Shown: piece by piece, positions 1 through 8,528 of the stretch | How positions within the stretch are numbered: position 1 is the first letter of the stretch | How the letters are laid out: each line of letters opens with the position of its first letter | Virus record (IMG/VR): IMGVR_UViG_3300032220_000083 | Span: 1 to 49,130 of that record | Length of the DNA stretch: 49,130 nt | Direction: 5' to 3' (one strand) | From: a virus | Taxonomy: Duplodnaviria > Caudoviricetes | Notes under the pieces: model-generated | What the model saw: only the letters and a program-made list of their open reading frames with translations | Databases searched by the model: none | Told to the model about the DNA's origin: nothing | Made by a program: the position numbers and the translations under genes

Positions 1-538
1 CGCGAAGGTTGTCACTGAAGGTCTCAAACATATCCATGTCTGGGCTTTCAATGTAGAACGCGGCGCACTTGTTGTGGCCTTCGGGCAGGTTGCCCTTCAT
101 GGCCTTGGGCACCGAGTTGATGTTGGCAATGTTGGTGTACTCTTTGCCGTTGTTGCCCACCGCCTTGGTAATTGCAATCATGGCCCAAGCGCCCAGTACA
201 TTGTCGATTTGGAATCCACGCAACTCGTCGGCTGTGAACTCGCGGCCACGCCATGTTTGCAGGTCTTTGCGCAAGGTGGCCTTCTCTGCCAAAGACAGTG
301 TGAAGTTCTTGCTGATTGACATCGGTTCACCCTTGGCCGTGACCAATGGTTTGCCTGCGTCGTCTTCTCCATGCACCTCGAATTGCAACATCACTTTGGG
401 CAGGTTCTTAATCTGTCCAAGGTATTCGCTCTTCTGCGTGCCAAGGTCTACGATGCGGTAGCACCGCGCCAAGTACATCCCCGGGGGCACTGGGGTAAAG
501 GTTCCGCCGCCGCCGCTTTCTCTCGCTATTAAAGCCAT
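1..538 (-). CDS. Putative phage ssDNA-binding / replication protein (3'-truncated by window edge)
   Basis: Not in ORF track because it has no stop in the window. Reads MALIARESGGGGTFTPVPPGMYLARCYRIVDLGTQ...SLAEKATLRKDLQTWRG, a pattern typical of OB-fold phage SSB-like proteins. GGAG RBS 6 nt upstream. Confidence 0.6.
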   Translation of the reverse strand, partial: MALIARESGGGGTFTPVPPGMYLARCYRIVDLGTQKSEYLGQIKNLPKVMLQFEVHGEDDAGKPLVTAKGEPMSISKNFTLSLAEKATLRKDLQTWRGREFTADELRGFQIDNVLGAWAMIAITKAVGNNGKEYTNIANINSVPKAMKGNLPEGHNKCAAFYIESPDMDMFETFSDNLR

Positions 539-708
539 CATTCGCTCCTAGTTTCAGTTGATTTTGGCCGTCTGGTTACGCCACATGAAAAACATATGAT
601 GTTCCAGTCGTCCTCGGTTGCAACGCCTGTCTCAGCCCGTTCTAGAGCCTCCTCAAGCATCTGTTGCCTCTCCAGCATCGCTTGGTTGTATTCCTCTTCG
701 CTATGCAT
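538..708 (-). CDS. Small hypothetical protein
   Basis: MHSEEEYNQ... start preceded by AAGGGAGAG; stop overlaps the start of the next leftward gene. Confidence 0.6.
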   Translation of the reverse strand: MHSEEEYNQAMLERQQMLEEALERAETGVATEDDWNIICFSCGVTRRPKSTETRSE

Positions 709-738
709 ACACTCTCCCTTCGCTGTTGATGTGTTGGT

Positions 739-800
739 ATCATACACTCTTTAACTTATTTTGCAATAGTGCTTGCACAAATGATTTTTTGGTGTATGAT
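739..800. promoter_or_regulatory. Back-to-back divergent sigma70-type promoters
   Basis: Rightward TTGCAC(773-778)-16-TATGAT(795-800). Leftward TTGCAA(766-761)-16-TATGAT(744-739). Located between divergent genes. Confidence 0.6.
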
Positions 801-827
801 CAAGTTTCACTAACACAAGGAGTCACG

Positions 828-1037
828 ATGACATTAGAAGATTTTTTTGAAGATAAGCCACGGGGGGCGAAGATTGCGTTGGCACGACACTTGGGCATAA
901 CTAAGCAGTGGATGGCGGCAATCATCACAGGACGCGGGTTGGCAAGTGCAGAGGTTTGCGCCGCGATTGAACGGTACACAAAAGGCAAGGTGTTGCGTGC
1001 AACATTGCGGCCTGACATTTTTGGAGAACTCAAGTGA
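828..1037 (+). CDS. Cro/YdaS-like helix-turn-helix regulator
   Basis: AAGGAG RBS; LARHLGITKQWMAAI HTH and C-terminal IERYTKGKV..LRPDIF, typical of Cro/YdaS proteins. Confidence 0.8.
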   Translation: MTLEDFFEDKPRGAKIALARHLGITKQWMAAIITGRGLASAEVCAAIERYTKGKVLRATLRPDIFGELK

Positions 1038-1687
1038 TCTGGTACAAATTCTATTTAGGCGACTACATCACACACACCAACCACCTATCGGATGCCGAAG
1101 ACTTGGCATACCGCCGCCTGCTTGATTTGTATTACATCAGCGAGAAACCAATCCCACTTGAAACCGAATCGGTTGCACGCAAAATCCGCCTTGATTTGGA
1201 TATAACCGAATCGGTTTTGGAGGAATTCTTTGACAAGGGTGTTGACGGGTATCGCAACAGTCGTTGTGATGCTGAAATCGCGAAATATCAACATCAAGTT
1301 GAAAATAATCGACAACTCGGAAAGCGAGGCGGCAGGCCGAAGAAAACCGAATCGATAACCGAAACGAAACCGAAGGTTAACCCTAAACAGATACAGATAC
1401 AGAATAAGAATATATCGTCGGTGACACCGACAACATCGCGATTCGACGAGTTTTGGTCTGCGTGGCCTTCGTCCAAAAGGAAGGTTGCCCGCGCTGAGTG
1501 CGAGAAGAAGTGGTTCAAGCAAAACCTCGACAAGGTGGCTGACATCATCATTGATAGCGTGAGCAAATTAAAACGCACAGAGCAGTGGACAACAGGCTTT
1601 GACCCTGCGCCCCTGACCTACATCAACCAGCGCCGCTGGGAAGATGATGCAGGCGAACAGCAGGCAACAGGGCGGAGGGTGATATGA
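1034..1687 (+). CDS. DUF1376/YdaU-family replication initiator (lambda O analogue)
   Basis: WYKFYLGDY..T.HLS..E..AYRRLLD.YY N-terminus; GKRGGRP; C-terminal FDEFWSAWP and P.P.TYINQRRWED. Confidence 0.78.
   Translation: MIWYKFYLGDYITHTNHLSDAEDLAYRRLLDLYYISEKPIPLETESVARKIRLDLDITESVLEEFFDKGVDGYRNSRCDAEIAKYQHQVENNRQLGKRGGRPKKTESITETKPKVNPKQIQIQNKNISSVTPTTSRFDEFWSAWPSSKRKVARAECEKKWFKQNLDKVADIIIDSVSKLKRTEQWTTGFDPAPLTYINQRRWEDDAGEQQATGRRVI
1162..1378. repeat. Iteron-like repeats (putative replication origin) inside the initiator gene
   Basis: AACCGAATCGGTT palindrome at 1162 and 1204; tandem AACCGAA units at 1345, 1357 and 1368, followed by an A-rich tract. Confidence 0.6.
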
Positions 1688-2118
1688 CCCCAGCCGAGCG
1701 TTTTGTTTCGCGTTTAGGCAAGGTCAGGGGCCGCAATGGTTCATGGACTGCACAGTGCCCAGCACACGAGGACAAGTCACCATCGCTGTCAGTTCGGGAG
1801 ACCGAAGATGGCCGCGTGCTGGTGCATTGTTTTGGTGGATGCGCGGTGCATGATGTGGTCGGTGCAGTCGGCATGGAAATGAACGACCTGTTCCCACCAG
1901 ACGATAAAAAGCGCGACTGGAACGATACAGGCAAGCCCAAGGTCAAGCCAGCGTTCTACGCCAGCGACCTCTTACGCATTGCGTCGTTTGAGTGTTTGGT
2001 GGTGATGCTTGCGGCATACGACATGAGCAAGGGCAAACAACTCAGCAATGAGGACATGGAGCGATTAAAAGTGGCACAACAGCGAATTGAGGAGGTAGTG
2101 GTATATGCAGGTGTCTGA
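1684..2118 (+). CDS. Primase zinc-binding (CHC2-type) domain protein
   Basis: CPAHEDKSPSL...VHCFGGC motif. Confidence 0.75.
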   Translation: MTPAERFVSRLGKVRGRNGSWTAQCPAHEDKSPSLSVRETEDGRVLVHCFGGCAVHDVVGAVGMEMNDLFPPDDKKRDWNDTGKPKVKPAFYASDLLRIASFECLVVMLAAYDMSKGKQLSNEDMERLKVAQQRIEEVVVYAGV

Positions 2119-3106
2119 GATACAAAAACGGGCCAAGGAATTGGACGAGGCGCGGCGCATTCGGATTGTCAAGCCTGATGAGGTTGACTTCGAGAAGTAC
2201 ATCAAGGCCAACGATGTTGGTCAGAAGGTACGCGGCGCAATGGAATTTTTAGAAGAGGTGCGTGAGGACTTCATCAACCCCAAGGAGGAGCCACATCAAA
2301 CGATGCCGTGGCCGAAGACGCACCAAGGGTTTGGGTTTCGCGCAGGCGAGGTGACCTTGTACGCTGGCGGTAACGGTGGCGGAAAGTCAATGGTTACAGG
2401 GCAGATTGCTTTGAACTTGATCAAGCAAGGCCAGCGCGTAATGATTGCATCGTTTGAGATGAAGCCCAAGCGCACACTGACTCGTATGCTTCGCCAGTTT
2501 GCAGGCGAGAACATTTACAACCCCATGTATGTGAACAAGCAACAGCACTTGATGGACTTGGTCACAAGGTTGCAGGACTTCTCTCACGGCAAGTTGTGGC
2601 TGTACGACCAGCAGGGTACGGTGACATCACAGCAGGTCATCGCGGTTGCTCGATACAGCGCAGTCGAGTTGGGCGTGCAACACATCTTCATTGACTCGCT
2701 GATGAAGTGCGTGTCTGGTGAAGACGACTACAACGCGCAGAAGATGTTCGTTGACGAGTTGACCGCGCTGGCGCGTGATCACAATGTCCATGTGCATTTG
2801 ATCCATCACATACGAAAGTTGGCAAGCGAAGAGATACAGCCAAACAAAAACGACATCAAGGGATCGGGCGCGATCAGTGACCAAGTTGACAATGTGCTGA
2901 TGGTCTGGCGTAACAAAAAGAAGGAACACCAAGCGCAGACTGGCCCAGTTGATCCAATGATTCCTGATGCCATGTTGATGTGCGAAAAGCAACGCAACGG
3001 CGAGGCCGAAGACTGGTACTCGCTTTGGTATCACAAAGACAGTCAGCAGTTTGTTGAGTACGACAACAGTGTGCCAATGTCTTTTGACAATGGAGGAAGA
3101 TTTTGA
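2105..3106 (+). CDS. SF4 (DnaB/T7 gp4-like) replicative helicase
   Basis: Walker A GGNGGGKS, SFEM, Walker B IFIDSL, IKGSGAI, KQRNGE arginine finger. Confidence 0.88.
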   Translation: MQVSEIQKRAKELDEARRIRIVKPDEVDFEKYIKANDVGQKVRGAMEFLEEVREDFINPKEEPHQTMPWPKTHQGFGFRAGEVTLYAGGNGGGKSMVTGQIALNLIKQGQRVMIASFEMKPKRTLTRMLRQFAGENIYNPMYVNKQQHLMDLVTRLQDFSHGKLWLYDQQGTVTSQQVIAVARYSAVELGVQHIFIDSLMKCVSGEDDYNAQKMFVDELTALARDHNVHVHLIHHIRKLASEEIQPNKNDIKGSGAISDQVDNVLMVWRNKKKEHQAQTGPVDPMIPDAMLMCEKQRNGEAEDWYSLWYHKDSQQFVEYDNSVPMSFDNGGRF

Positions 3107-3348
3107 ATGACGAGGAAGAAAAAAGAGCAAGAGACCGTGAGCATATGCACCACTGTCTCGTTCGGGAGGTCATCAAGATGCGCATTAAAGATCGCGCTGG
3201 TGCATACCGTTGGCTCAATGGCTACAGTGACAACACTGGGCGTTGGAAGAAAGGGTGGAACGAACTTCACCCCGAGTCCAGCCTTGAGGCGGATGTTAGA
3301 GATCAATGGACTAAAGGTAACCGAGGTAACGAAGGAGAATGGAAATGA
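3103..3348 (+). CDS. Hypothetical protein
   Basis: Overlaps the helicase stop; fits the operon. Confidence 0.6.
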   Translation: MNDEEEKRARDREHMHHCLVREVIKMRIKDRAGAYRWLNGYSDNTGRWKKGWNELHPESSLEADVRDQWTKGNRGNEGEWK

Positions 3349-3602
3349 CAAAGCAAGACGCTGAACTAAGCCCTTTAGCAAGGCAACTACTTGGCAACTC
3401 TGGGGCCATGAAGTTATTTACGCAAACTGAATTTGATGAGGCACTGAGAGAAGCGAAAGCGGAGATCATGGCAATTGCAATTCAGACCAGCAAGCAGGCA
3501 ATTGCAATCGAGCGCAACGCGTGTGCCGACCTTGCGTTGCAGTGGAGCCAAGAGGAATTGTCTGAGGCCATCCGCCACCGCATGAGGCCAGTCAATGATT
3601 GA
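3339..3602 (+). CDS. Hypothetical protein
   Basis: AAGGAG RBS; ERNACA motif common in small phage proteins. Confidence 0.6.
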   Translation: MEMTKQDAELSPLARQLLGNSGAMKLFTQTEFDEALREAKAEIMAIAIQTSKQAIAIERNACADLALQWSQEELSEAIRHRMRPVND

Positions 3603-3942
3603 GATCACATTGCCGTGGCCTCCATCGGTCAACACTTACTGGCGCAACTTCGATGGCCGCATGATTATCAGCGCACGAGGCCGCGAGTATCGTGAGTTGG
3701 TTGGTGACCAGATGACGCTACAAAAAACAGTGAAGCACTTCAAGGGTTCATTGCGTGTGGTGATCGAGGCATGGAGGCCAGACAAACGACGCAGGGATTT
3801 AGACAACCTGCTGAAGGCAACACTTGACGGGCTTGCTCACGCTGGCGTGTATGAGGACGACTCACAGATTGTTGACCTGCGTATCTACTGGGCACCAGAC
3901 ATCGGTGGGATGTTAAAAATAAAGATCGAGGAGATCGAATGA
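3595..3942 (+). CDS. rusA: RusA-family Holliday junction resolvase
   Basis: LPWPPSVNTYWR, PDKRRRDLDNLLKA.LD and DDSQI signatures. Confidence 0.92.
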   Translation: MIEITLPWPPSVNTYWRNFDGRMIISARGREYRELVGDQMTLQKTVKHFKGSLRVVIEAWRPDKRRRDLDNLLKATLDGLAHAGVYEDDSQIVDLRIYWAPDIGGMLKIKIEEIE

Positions 3943-4097
3943 AACAAGAACCTGAATGGATTGACATCGTTGCGTTGATTGCGATGCACTCACTGTTGCA
4001 GACAGCACCAAAGAACGCAAGGAACGAGGACATTGCACACGAGGCATATAGGCAAGCGGAGGCAATGATGGAGGCAAAAGAAAATTATGGTGAGTGA
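3939..4097 (+). CDS. Small hypothetical protein (52 aa)
   Basis: ATGA overlap with rusA, GAGGAG RBS; MKQEPEWID...AYRQAEAMM. Confidence 0.55.
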   Translation: MKQEPEWIDIVALIAMHSLLQTAPKNARNEDIAHEAYRQAEAMMEAKENYGE

Positions 4098-4209
4098 CCT
4101 CTTTAATATTTTGATGATTATGTTGATGTTGACTGGCGCGTTGTGTTGGATTGCAACGATTTTTTTGTGTTGGTATTACTGGTCGTGTAACAAAAAAAAG
4201 GAGAAGTAA
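4087..4209 (+). CDS. Small membrane protein (40 aa)
   Basis: Single hydrophobic helix plus basic tail; fills an operon gap. Confidence 0.45.
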   Translation: MVSDLFNILMIMLMLTGALCWIATIFLCWYYWSCNKKKEK

Positions 4210-4347
4210 ATGTTTGAATCATTCGGAGATTTTTTTTGGACATTCATGGCAATGAGTGGCTTCATGTTTTGGATTTGTCTGGCAATTTTTGTCGGCATGG
4301 TGATCAAGCGCAATCGCGAAAAGAAAAGGAGAATGTTTTATGAGTGA
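4210..4347 (+). CDS. Small membrane protein (45 aa)
   Basis: AAGGAG RBS; MFESFGDFFW...hydrophobic helix...KRNREKKRR. Confidence 0.5.
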   Translation: MFESFGDFFWTFMAMSGFMFWICLAIFVGMVIKRNREKKRRMFYE

Positions 4348-4672
4348 AGAACGAGACCCACATAAGGCGGTGGACTACATCCTGAAGAACGCCGCGCTGT
4401 TTGCAAAGGCAAAGGCCGAGCGCACATACATCGAGCATTACCGCAAGAGCCTGAAGGGCATTTTGATGAAGCGGTCGATGGAGACCGCCATCGGTGCGCA
4501 AGAGCGTGAAGCGTATGCACACCCAGAGATGATTCAATTGCTTGAAGGATTGAAGGAGGCTGTGGCTATTGAGGAGCGTCTGAAATGGGACATCACGGCG
4601 GCTGAATTGCGCGTGGAAATATGGCGCACAGAGCAGGCGAACAACAGGGCCGAAGGAAAGGCCACGATGTGA
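4340..4672 (+). CDS. Helical phage hypothetical protein
   Basis: AAGGAG RBS, coiled-coil, EREAYAH and WRTEQAN motifs. Confidence 0.7.
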   Translation: MSEERDPHKAVDYILKNAALFAKAKAERTYIEHYRKSLKGILMKRSMETAIGAQEREAYAHPEMIQLLEGLKEAVAIEERLKWDITAAELRVEIWRTEQANNRAEGKATM

Positions 4673-5013
4673 ACACCTTCCAAGCAACCGTGATGCAGAC
4701 GACTGGCTGGGTGTTGGTGTTGCTCGATGGCTGGGCAATGCACACCCACTGGGTGGCCGCACTCGGTTTTATTTTTTTAATTTATTCAATGTGGAGCATA
4801 TGCATGAAGACACCAGAGGATGAAGCGTTTGAAGAGATGGAGAAAGCCCTTGGCTGGCGCAAGCGACAAATCGTCCAGCGTCAACTTACCGCCGAAGAAA
4901 ACATCTTGCGCAACGAGACACTTGAAGAGGTGGCCGTTGAGTTCGATGGCATGAAATCTTTCGGTGATACAGCCGCATCCTTCGCGGTCTATGTGCGAGG
5001 ACTCAAGCGATGA
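4669..5013 (+). CDS. Hypothetical protein (start uncertain; could start at 4804)
   Basis: GTGA overlap with the upstream stop; C-terminal RNETLEEVA..FGDTAASFA pattern. Confidence 0.5.
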   Translation: MNTFQATVMQTTGWVLVLLDGWAMHTHWVAALGFIFLIYSMWSICMKTPEDEAFEEMEKALGWRKRQIVQRQLTAEENILRNETLEEVAVEFDGMKSFGDTAASFAVYVRGLKR

Positions 5014-5156
5014 CCGAAAAACCTAAGACCTGTCAGGTGTGCCGCCTACGGCCAGCAGACAAGCAAGTGCGAACTAGCAGGGGCGCACCGCAGTGGCGAT
5101 GCCAGACCTGCCACGACCTCAAGAATCGCGGCGGCTTTACAAAGGGTAAGCAATGA
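5010..5156 (+). CDS. Small CxxC-CxxC zinc-finger protein
   Basis: MTEKPKTCQVC...WRCQTC; ATGA overlaps at both ends. Confidence 0.55.
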   Translation: MTEKPKTCQVCRLRPADKQVRTSRGAPQWRCQTCHDLKNRGGFTKGKQ

Positions 5157-5965
5157 ATCCAAAAGTTGCAGACCTTGCATCGAAGGTGGCGTTTGACGCC
5201 GCAGACTACACATGGTTCGACTTCACAGAACTTGGTGATCACGCCGATGAAGAACTTAAAAGAGTTGGGCGTCAATACGGGTGGGATAAGCAGATGATGC
5301 ACCTCGACCAGTTTTTGACCCCATCTAATCACATGGCGGTCATACAACCAGCATGGCCTGACATTGCATTCACCTATGACAAATACATCAAGTTTGGTGG
5401 GTACGAGGGTGCCGCCGCAATGATGTGGACAAACGATGGATTTAACAGCCCGCTGGTGATCGTCACCGAGAAGCGGGTGAGGGTGGCTGGCAGTGAGGAA
5501 GACGCCCCAGAGGGCACCAATGTGGTCGTCCACCAAAAATTGATGGAGGCGGTTAAGAGGGGCGGCATGGCCGAGCGCGATGCGTTGAAACTCTACGAGG
5601 ATGCTTGCATCAGCGCGGTCAACTATGCCTGTCTTGTCAACTTGCGTGCGCACACTACCGAGCAGGTTGTAACCGCCCATATGGCTAAAGGAATGGAGTT
5701 CATCAACCGTAAGCGCAGGGCCAAGCATCAGCCATTGGTTTACTCGTGGAACACGATTGAGTTGAAGCCAGACCCACAGGTCAAGCAACCGCATAAAGGC
5801 GGTACGCACGCAAGCCCAGCCCGCCACAAGCGACGCGCCCACATGAGGCGTCTAAGCGCGGGTGGTTTTACTTGGATACCTGAAATGTGGGTAGGTAGCA
5901 TCGAGAGCGGTTTTATCGTTCACGACTATGTGCCCGACCGAGAACTGACCAAGGACAAAGCATGA
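5153..5965 (+). CDS. Hypothetical protein with basic C-terminal HASPxxHxRRxHxR motif
   Basis: 270-aa ORF coupled at both ends. Confidence 0.7.
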   Translation: MNPKVADLASKVAFDAADYTWFDFTELGDHADEELKRVGRQYGWDKQMMHLDQFLTPSNHMAVIQPAWPDIAFTYDKYIKFGGYEGAAAMMWTNDGFNSPLVIVTEKRVRVAGSEEDAPEGTNVVVHQKLMEAVKRGGMAERDALKLYEDACISAVNYACLVNLRAHTTEQVVTAHMAKGMEFINRKRRAKHQPLVYSWNTIELKPDPQVKQPHKGGTHASPARHKRRAHMRRLSAGGFTWIPEMWVGSIESGFIVHDYVPDRELTKDKA

Positions 5966-6264
5966 CCACACTCAAAGAGAAAAAGCACATGAGCGCGGTG
6001 GCTGAACTAGGGTGCGCCGTCTGCCGCAGAATGGGGTATGAGGGCACGCCAGCAGAACTACACCATCCAAGGCGATTGGCGGGGGGCTGGGGGCGTTCTA
6101 GCCACTTCAGTGTCATACCGCTATGCCCAGAGCATCATCGCGGCTCTACGGGCCTCCACGGCCTTGGCACAAAGGGCTTCGAGGCGCACTACGGCTACGA
6201 CGAGGCAGACCTGCTCAAAGACACCTTGTTGTTGCTAGGCCACGAAGTTAGGGAAACTACCTAG
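5962..6264 (+). CDS. Ref-like (RecA-dependent) HNH nuclease
   Basis: LGCAVC..PAELHH..VIPLCPEHHRG zinc/HNH motif set. Confidence 0.72.
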   Translation: MTTLKEKKHMSAVAELGCAVCRRMGYEGTPAELHHPRRLAGGWGRSSHFSVIPLCPEHHRGSTGLHGLGTKGFEAHYGYDEADLLKDTLLLLGHEVRETT

Positions 6265-6367
6265 AAAATATTTTAAAAAAGTCTTGCAGAGGTGAAATAT
6301 GGTGTTACACTTACCTCACTGACCAAGCAATTGTTGCAAGGCAGAACCAGAGAACAGAAAGCGAATT
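6249..6367 (+). promoter_or_regulatory. Repeated promoter/leader cassette 1
   Basis: TAGGGAAACTACCTA, AT-rich UP tract, TTGCAG, TGTTACACT, leader ending AAAGCGAATT-ATG. Confidence 0.75.
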
Positions 6368-6700
6368 ATGAACAACGACATCAACTTCACATCAGTAGAC
6401 ACACTCGGTTCACTCTTGGCGCAGATCGCTGATCTGACCAAGCAGGCCGACGCCATCAAGGACGGCATCAAGGACAGCGCCAGCGCAGGCGGCGCAAAGG
6501 TTGTCGAGGGTGCGCTCTTCAAGGCCACCTACATCGAGAGCAACCGCTCAACCGTTGACTACAAAAAAGTCTTGGCCGCTCTTACCGCCTTGTTGCAAGA
6601 GCAAAACAAAGAAATCGATGCCAACAAAATTGTTGCTGGCTTGGTTGCATCAAGCACAAACACCTCCGCTGTGTTCAGCGTGAAGGTCACCAGCAAGTAA
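6368..6700 (+). CDS. Hypothetical early protein
   Basis: First ORF after cassette 1. Confidence 0.7.
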   Translation: MNNDINFTSVDTLGSLLAQIADLTKQADAIKDGIKDSASAGGAKVVEGALFKATYIESNRSTVDYKKVLAALTALLQEQNKEIDANKIVAGLVASSTNTSAVFSVKVTSK

Positions 6701-6707
6701 ACCCAAT

Positions 6708-6721
6708 GCCCCTTCGGGGGC
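6708..6721 (+). terminator. GC hairpin with UUCG tetraloop (weak terminator or processing signal)
   Basis: GCCCC-TTCG-GGGGC directly after a stop codon; little U tail. Confidence 0.45.
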
Positions 6722-6747
6722 TTAACCAAAACGAAAGCGAATCGGAT

Positions 6748-6951
6748 ATGAGCGACCCTAAAATTTATTTGAGTTACAGCGAACGCGGTTGGATTTTGAT
6801 CAACCAAGGCTCACCACTATGCGACTACAAAAAGACCAAGGCCGAGGTCATGGAGGTTGTGAAGTTCTTCAAGATCACACTGCCAGACTGCACATGGAAC
6901 GGTGACCGTGGTGAGTTTGTGGTTACAGACACAATCGAGGAAACAGCATGA
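6748..6951 (+). CDS. Hypothetical protein
   Basis: ATG preceded by AAAGCGAATCG leader motif. Confidence 0.6.
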   Translation: MSDPKIYLSYSERGWILINQGSPLCDYKKTKAEVMEVVKFFKITLPDCTWNGDRGEFVVTDTIEETA

Positions 6952-7388
6952 GCAAGCGCACGATGGGCCGTGTGCTGGCCGAACTCAAATCCATCCGCAC
7001 AGGGGACATCTTTGTGGCCGACAGCATCAAGACCTGCATTGATTTGCTGGAGGCCGATTTAGGCCGTCGCAAGGGTAAGGGCACCCTACCCCCTCACCAA
7101 TGGCACAGCGACACCTCTAGCGCCGCCGCCGAGGCCATTGCGCCCAAGTTCGGCAAGATGACACGCGCCGTGTTGGTGGAGTTGTCCAAATACCCTAGTG
7201 GCCTGACCGATGAGGAGGCCCAGAGCATTACCGGGATGCAGGGCAATTCGTATCGGCCATGTCGCGTGACCTTGATGGACAAGGGGCTGGTGTACGACAC
7301 GGGCAACCGCAGGAAAACGAACCAGCGCAAAGATGCGGTGGTCTGGGCCGTGACTGACACGGGATATTCAACACTTTACGAATCATGA
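6948..7388 (+). CDS. Winged-helix DNA-binding protein
   Basis: TS..AA...GLTDEE....M..NS.RP.R..L.DKGLV.DTG.RR pattern. Confidence 0.6.
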   Translation: MSKRTMGRVLAELKSIRTGDIFVADSIKTCIDLLEADLGRRKGKGTLPPHQWHSDTSSAAAEAIAPKFGKMTRAVLVELSKYPSGLTDEEAQSITGMQGNSYRPCRVTLMDKGLVYDTGNRRKTNQRKDAVVWAVTDTGYSTLYES

Positions 7389-7567
7389 GCGAGACAACAA
7401 TGAGCGAATACATCAAAGGCTTTGACCACGGGTGCGACTACATCGTCGCGGAGATCGAGCGTTTTGCTCTTGAGCATGATGGCGACGAGAACATCCTGCT
7501 TCGAGACCTGATCGACCGCCTCAAAATGCAGGGCAAATACGACTTAGGGAAAGTACCTACAAAATAA
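7385..7567 (+). CDS. Hypothetical protein
   Basis: ATGA overlap; stop lies inside cassette 2. Confidence 0.55.
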   Translation: MSETTMSEYIKGFDHGCDYIVAEIERFALEHDGDENILLRDLIDRLKMQGKYDLGKVPTK

Positions 7568-7650
7568 TTTATAAAAGTGCTTGCATCGTGAAATACGGTG
7601 TTACACTATCATCACTGCAATAAGCAGGTAACAGCGAAAGAAAGCGAATC
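7545..7650 (+). promoter_or_regulatory. Repeated promoter/leader cassette 2
   Basis: TAGGGAAAGTACCTA-CAAAATAATTT..TTGCAT..TGTTACACT..ACAGCGAAAGAAAGCGAATC-ATG. Confidence 0.75.
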
Positions 7651-8421
7651 ATGGAAAAAGCAAACTTCTCCCAACTCTTGAACGATGCCATCAACCAGCC
7701 CGGCATCATCAGCAAGTGCTACAGCACATTCTACGGCTACAGCATCGGCAACCAGTTGCTGGCTTACAGCCAGTGCGTGGCCCGCGACATCCCCGTTGGC
7801 CCTATTGCCACCTTCAAGAAGTGGAAAGACCTTGGCCGCTCGGTGTCCAAAGGCCAGAAGGCCATCGCGCTGGTAATGCCCGTCACCATCAGCAAAAAGG
7901 ACGAGGCAGGCGAGAAGACTGGCGAAGTGTTCAGCCTGTTCACCCTCAAGAACAATTGGTTTGTGCTGGGCCAGACAGAAGGCGAAGACTTCGTCAACGA
8001 GGTGGTCGTGCCATCATGGGACAAGGCCAAGGCTCTTGAGACTCTCGGCGTCACAGAGGTGTCGTTCAACCACACCGATGGCAATTGCCAAGGTTATGCA
8101 GTGGCAAGCAACATCGCGGTCAACCCTGTGGCCGTTCTGCCCCACAAAACCCGTTTCCATGAGATCGCTCATGTGGTGTTGGGCCACACCAAAGAAGGCC
8201 AACTGTCCGACAGCGAAAGCACACCACGCGATGTGCGCGAGGTAGAGGCAGAGGGCGTTGCATACATCCTGTGCGCGTTGCTCGACCTCCCCGGCCTGCA
8301 CGAGTCCCGTGGCTACATTCAAAACTGGTTGCAGGGCGCGGAGATCACCGACAAGACAGCCCAGCGCATCTTCAGTGCGGCCAACAAAATTCTCGAAGCA
8401 GGACAGCCTGCAAAAGAATAA
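7651..8421 (+). CDS. ArdC-like anti-restriction ssDNA-binding protein with zincin domain
   Basis: YS..NQLL, ATFKKWKDLGRSV.KGQKA N-domain; HEIAH zinc motif and EVEAE. Confidence 0.8.
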   Translation: MEKANFSQLLNDAINQPGIISKCYSTFYGYSIGNQLLAYSQCVARDIPVGPIATFKKWKDLGRSVSKGQKAIALVMPVTISKKDEAGEKTGEVFSLFTLKNNWFVLGQTEGEDFVNEVVVPSWDKAKALETLGVTEVSFNHTDGNCQGYAVASNIAVNPVAVLPHKTRFHEIAHVVLGHTKEGQLSDSESTPRDVREVEAEGVAYILCALLDLPGLHESRGYIQNWLQGAEITDKTAQRIFSAANKILEAGQPAKE

Positions 8422-8528
8422 GGGAAAGTCCTAATAAAAATAATTTGAAGGGGACTTGCAAAACCCCTTCAAGTTAATGTTATACTTTCACCACTGCAAT
8501 GTGCAGGACAGCGAATCAGGAGCGAAAC
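8420..8528 (+). promoter_or_regulatory. Repeated promoter/leader cassette 3
   Basis: AAGGGAAAGTCCTAA, AAAATAATTT, TTGCAA inside an inverted repeat, TGTTATACT, ACAGCGAA..GGAGCGAAAC-ATG. Confidence 0.75.

Noticed and set aside
618-827. N-terminal extensions given by the ORF track (618 start for the Cro-like gene; likewise 11389 terS, 36291 endolysin, 41037 KS)
   Set aside because: Downstream ATGs have better RBS or stop-start coupling, and the extensions overlap promoters or other genes.
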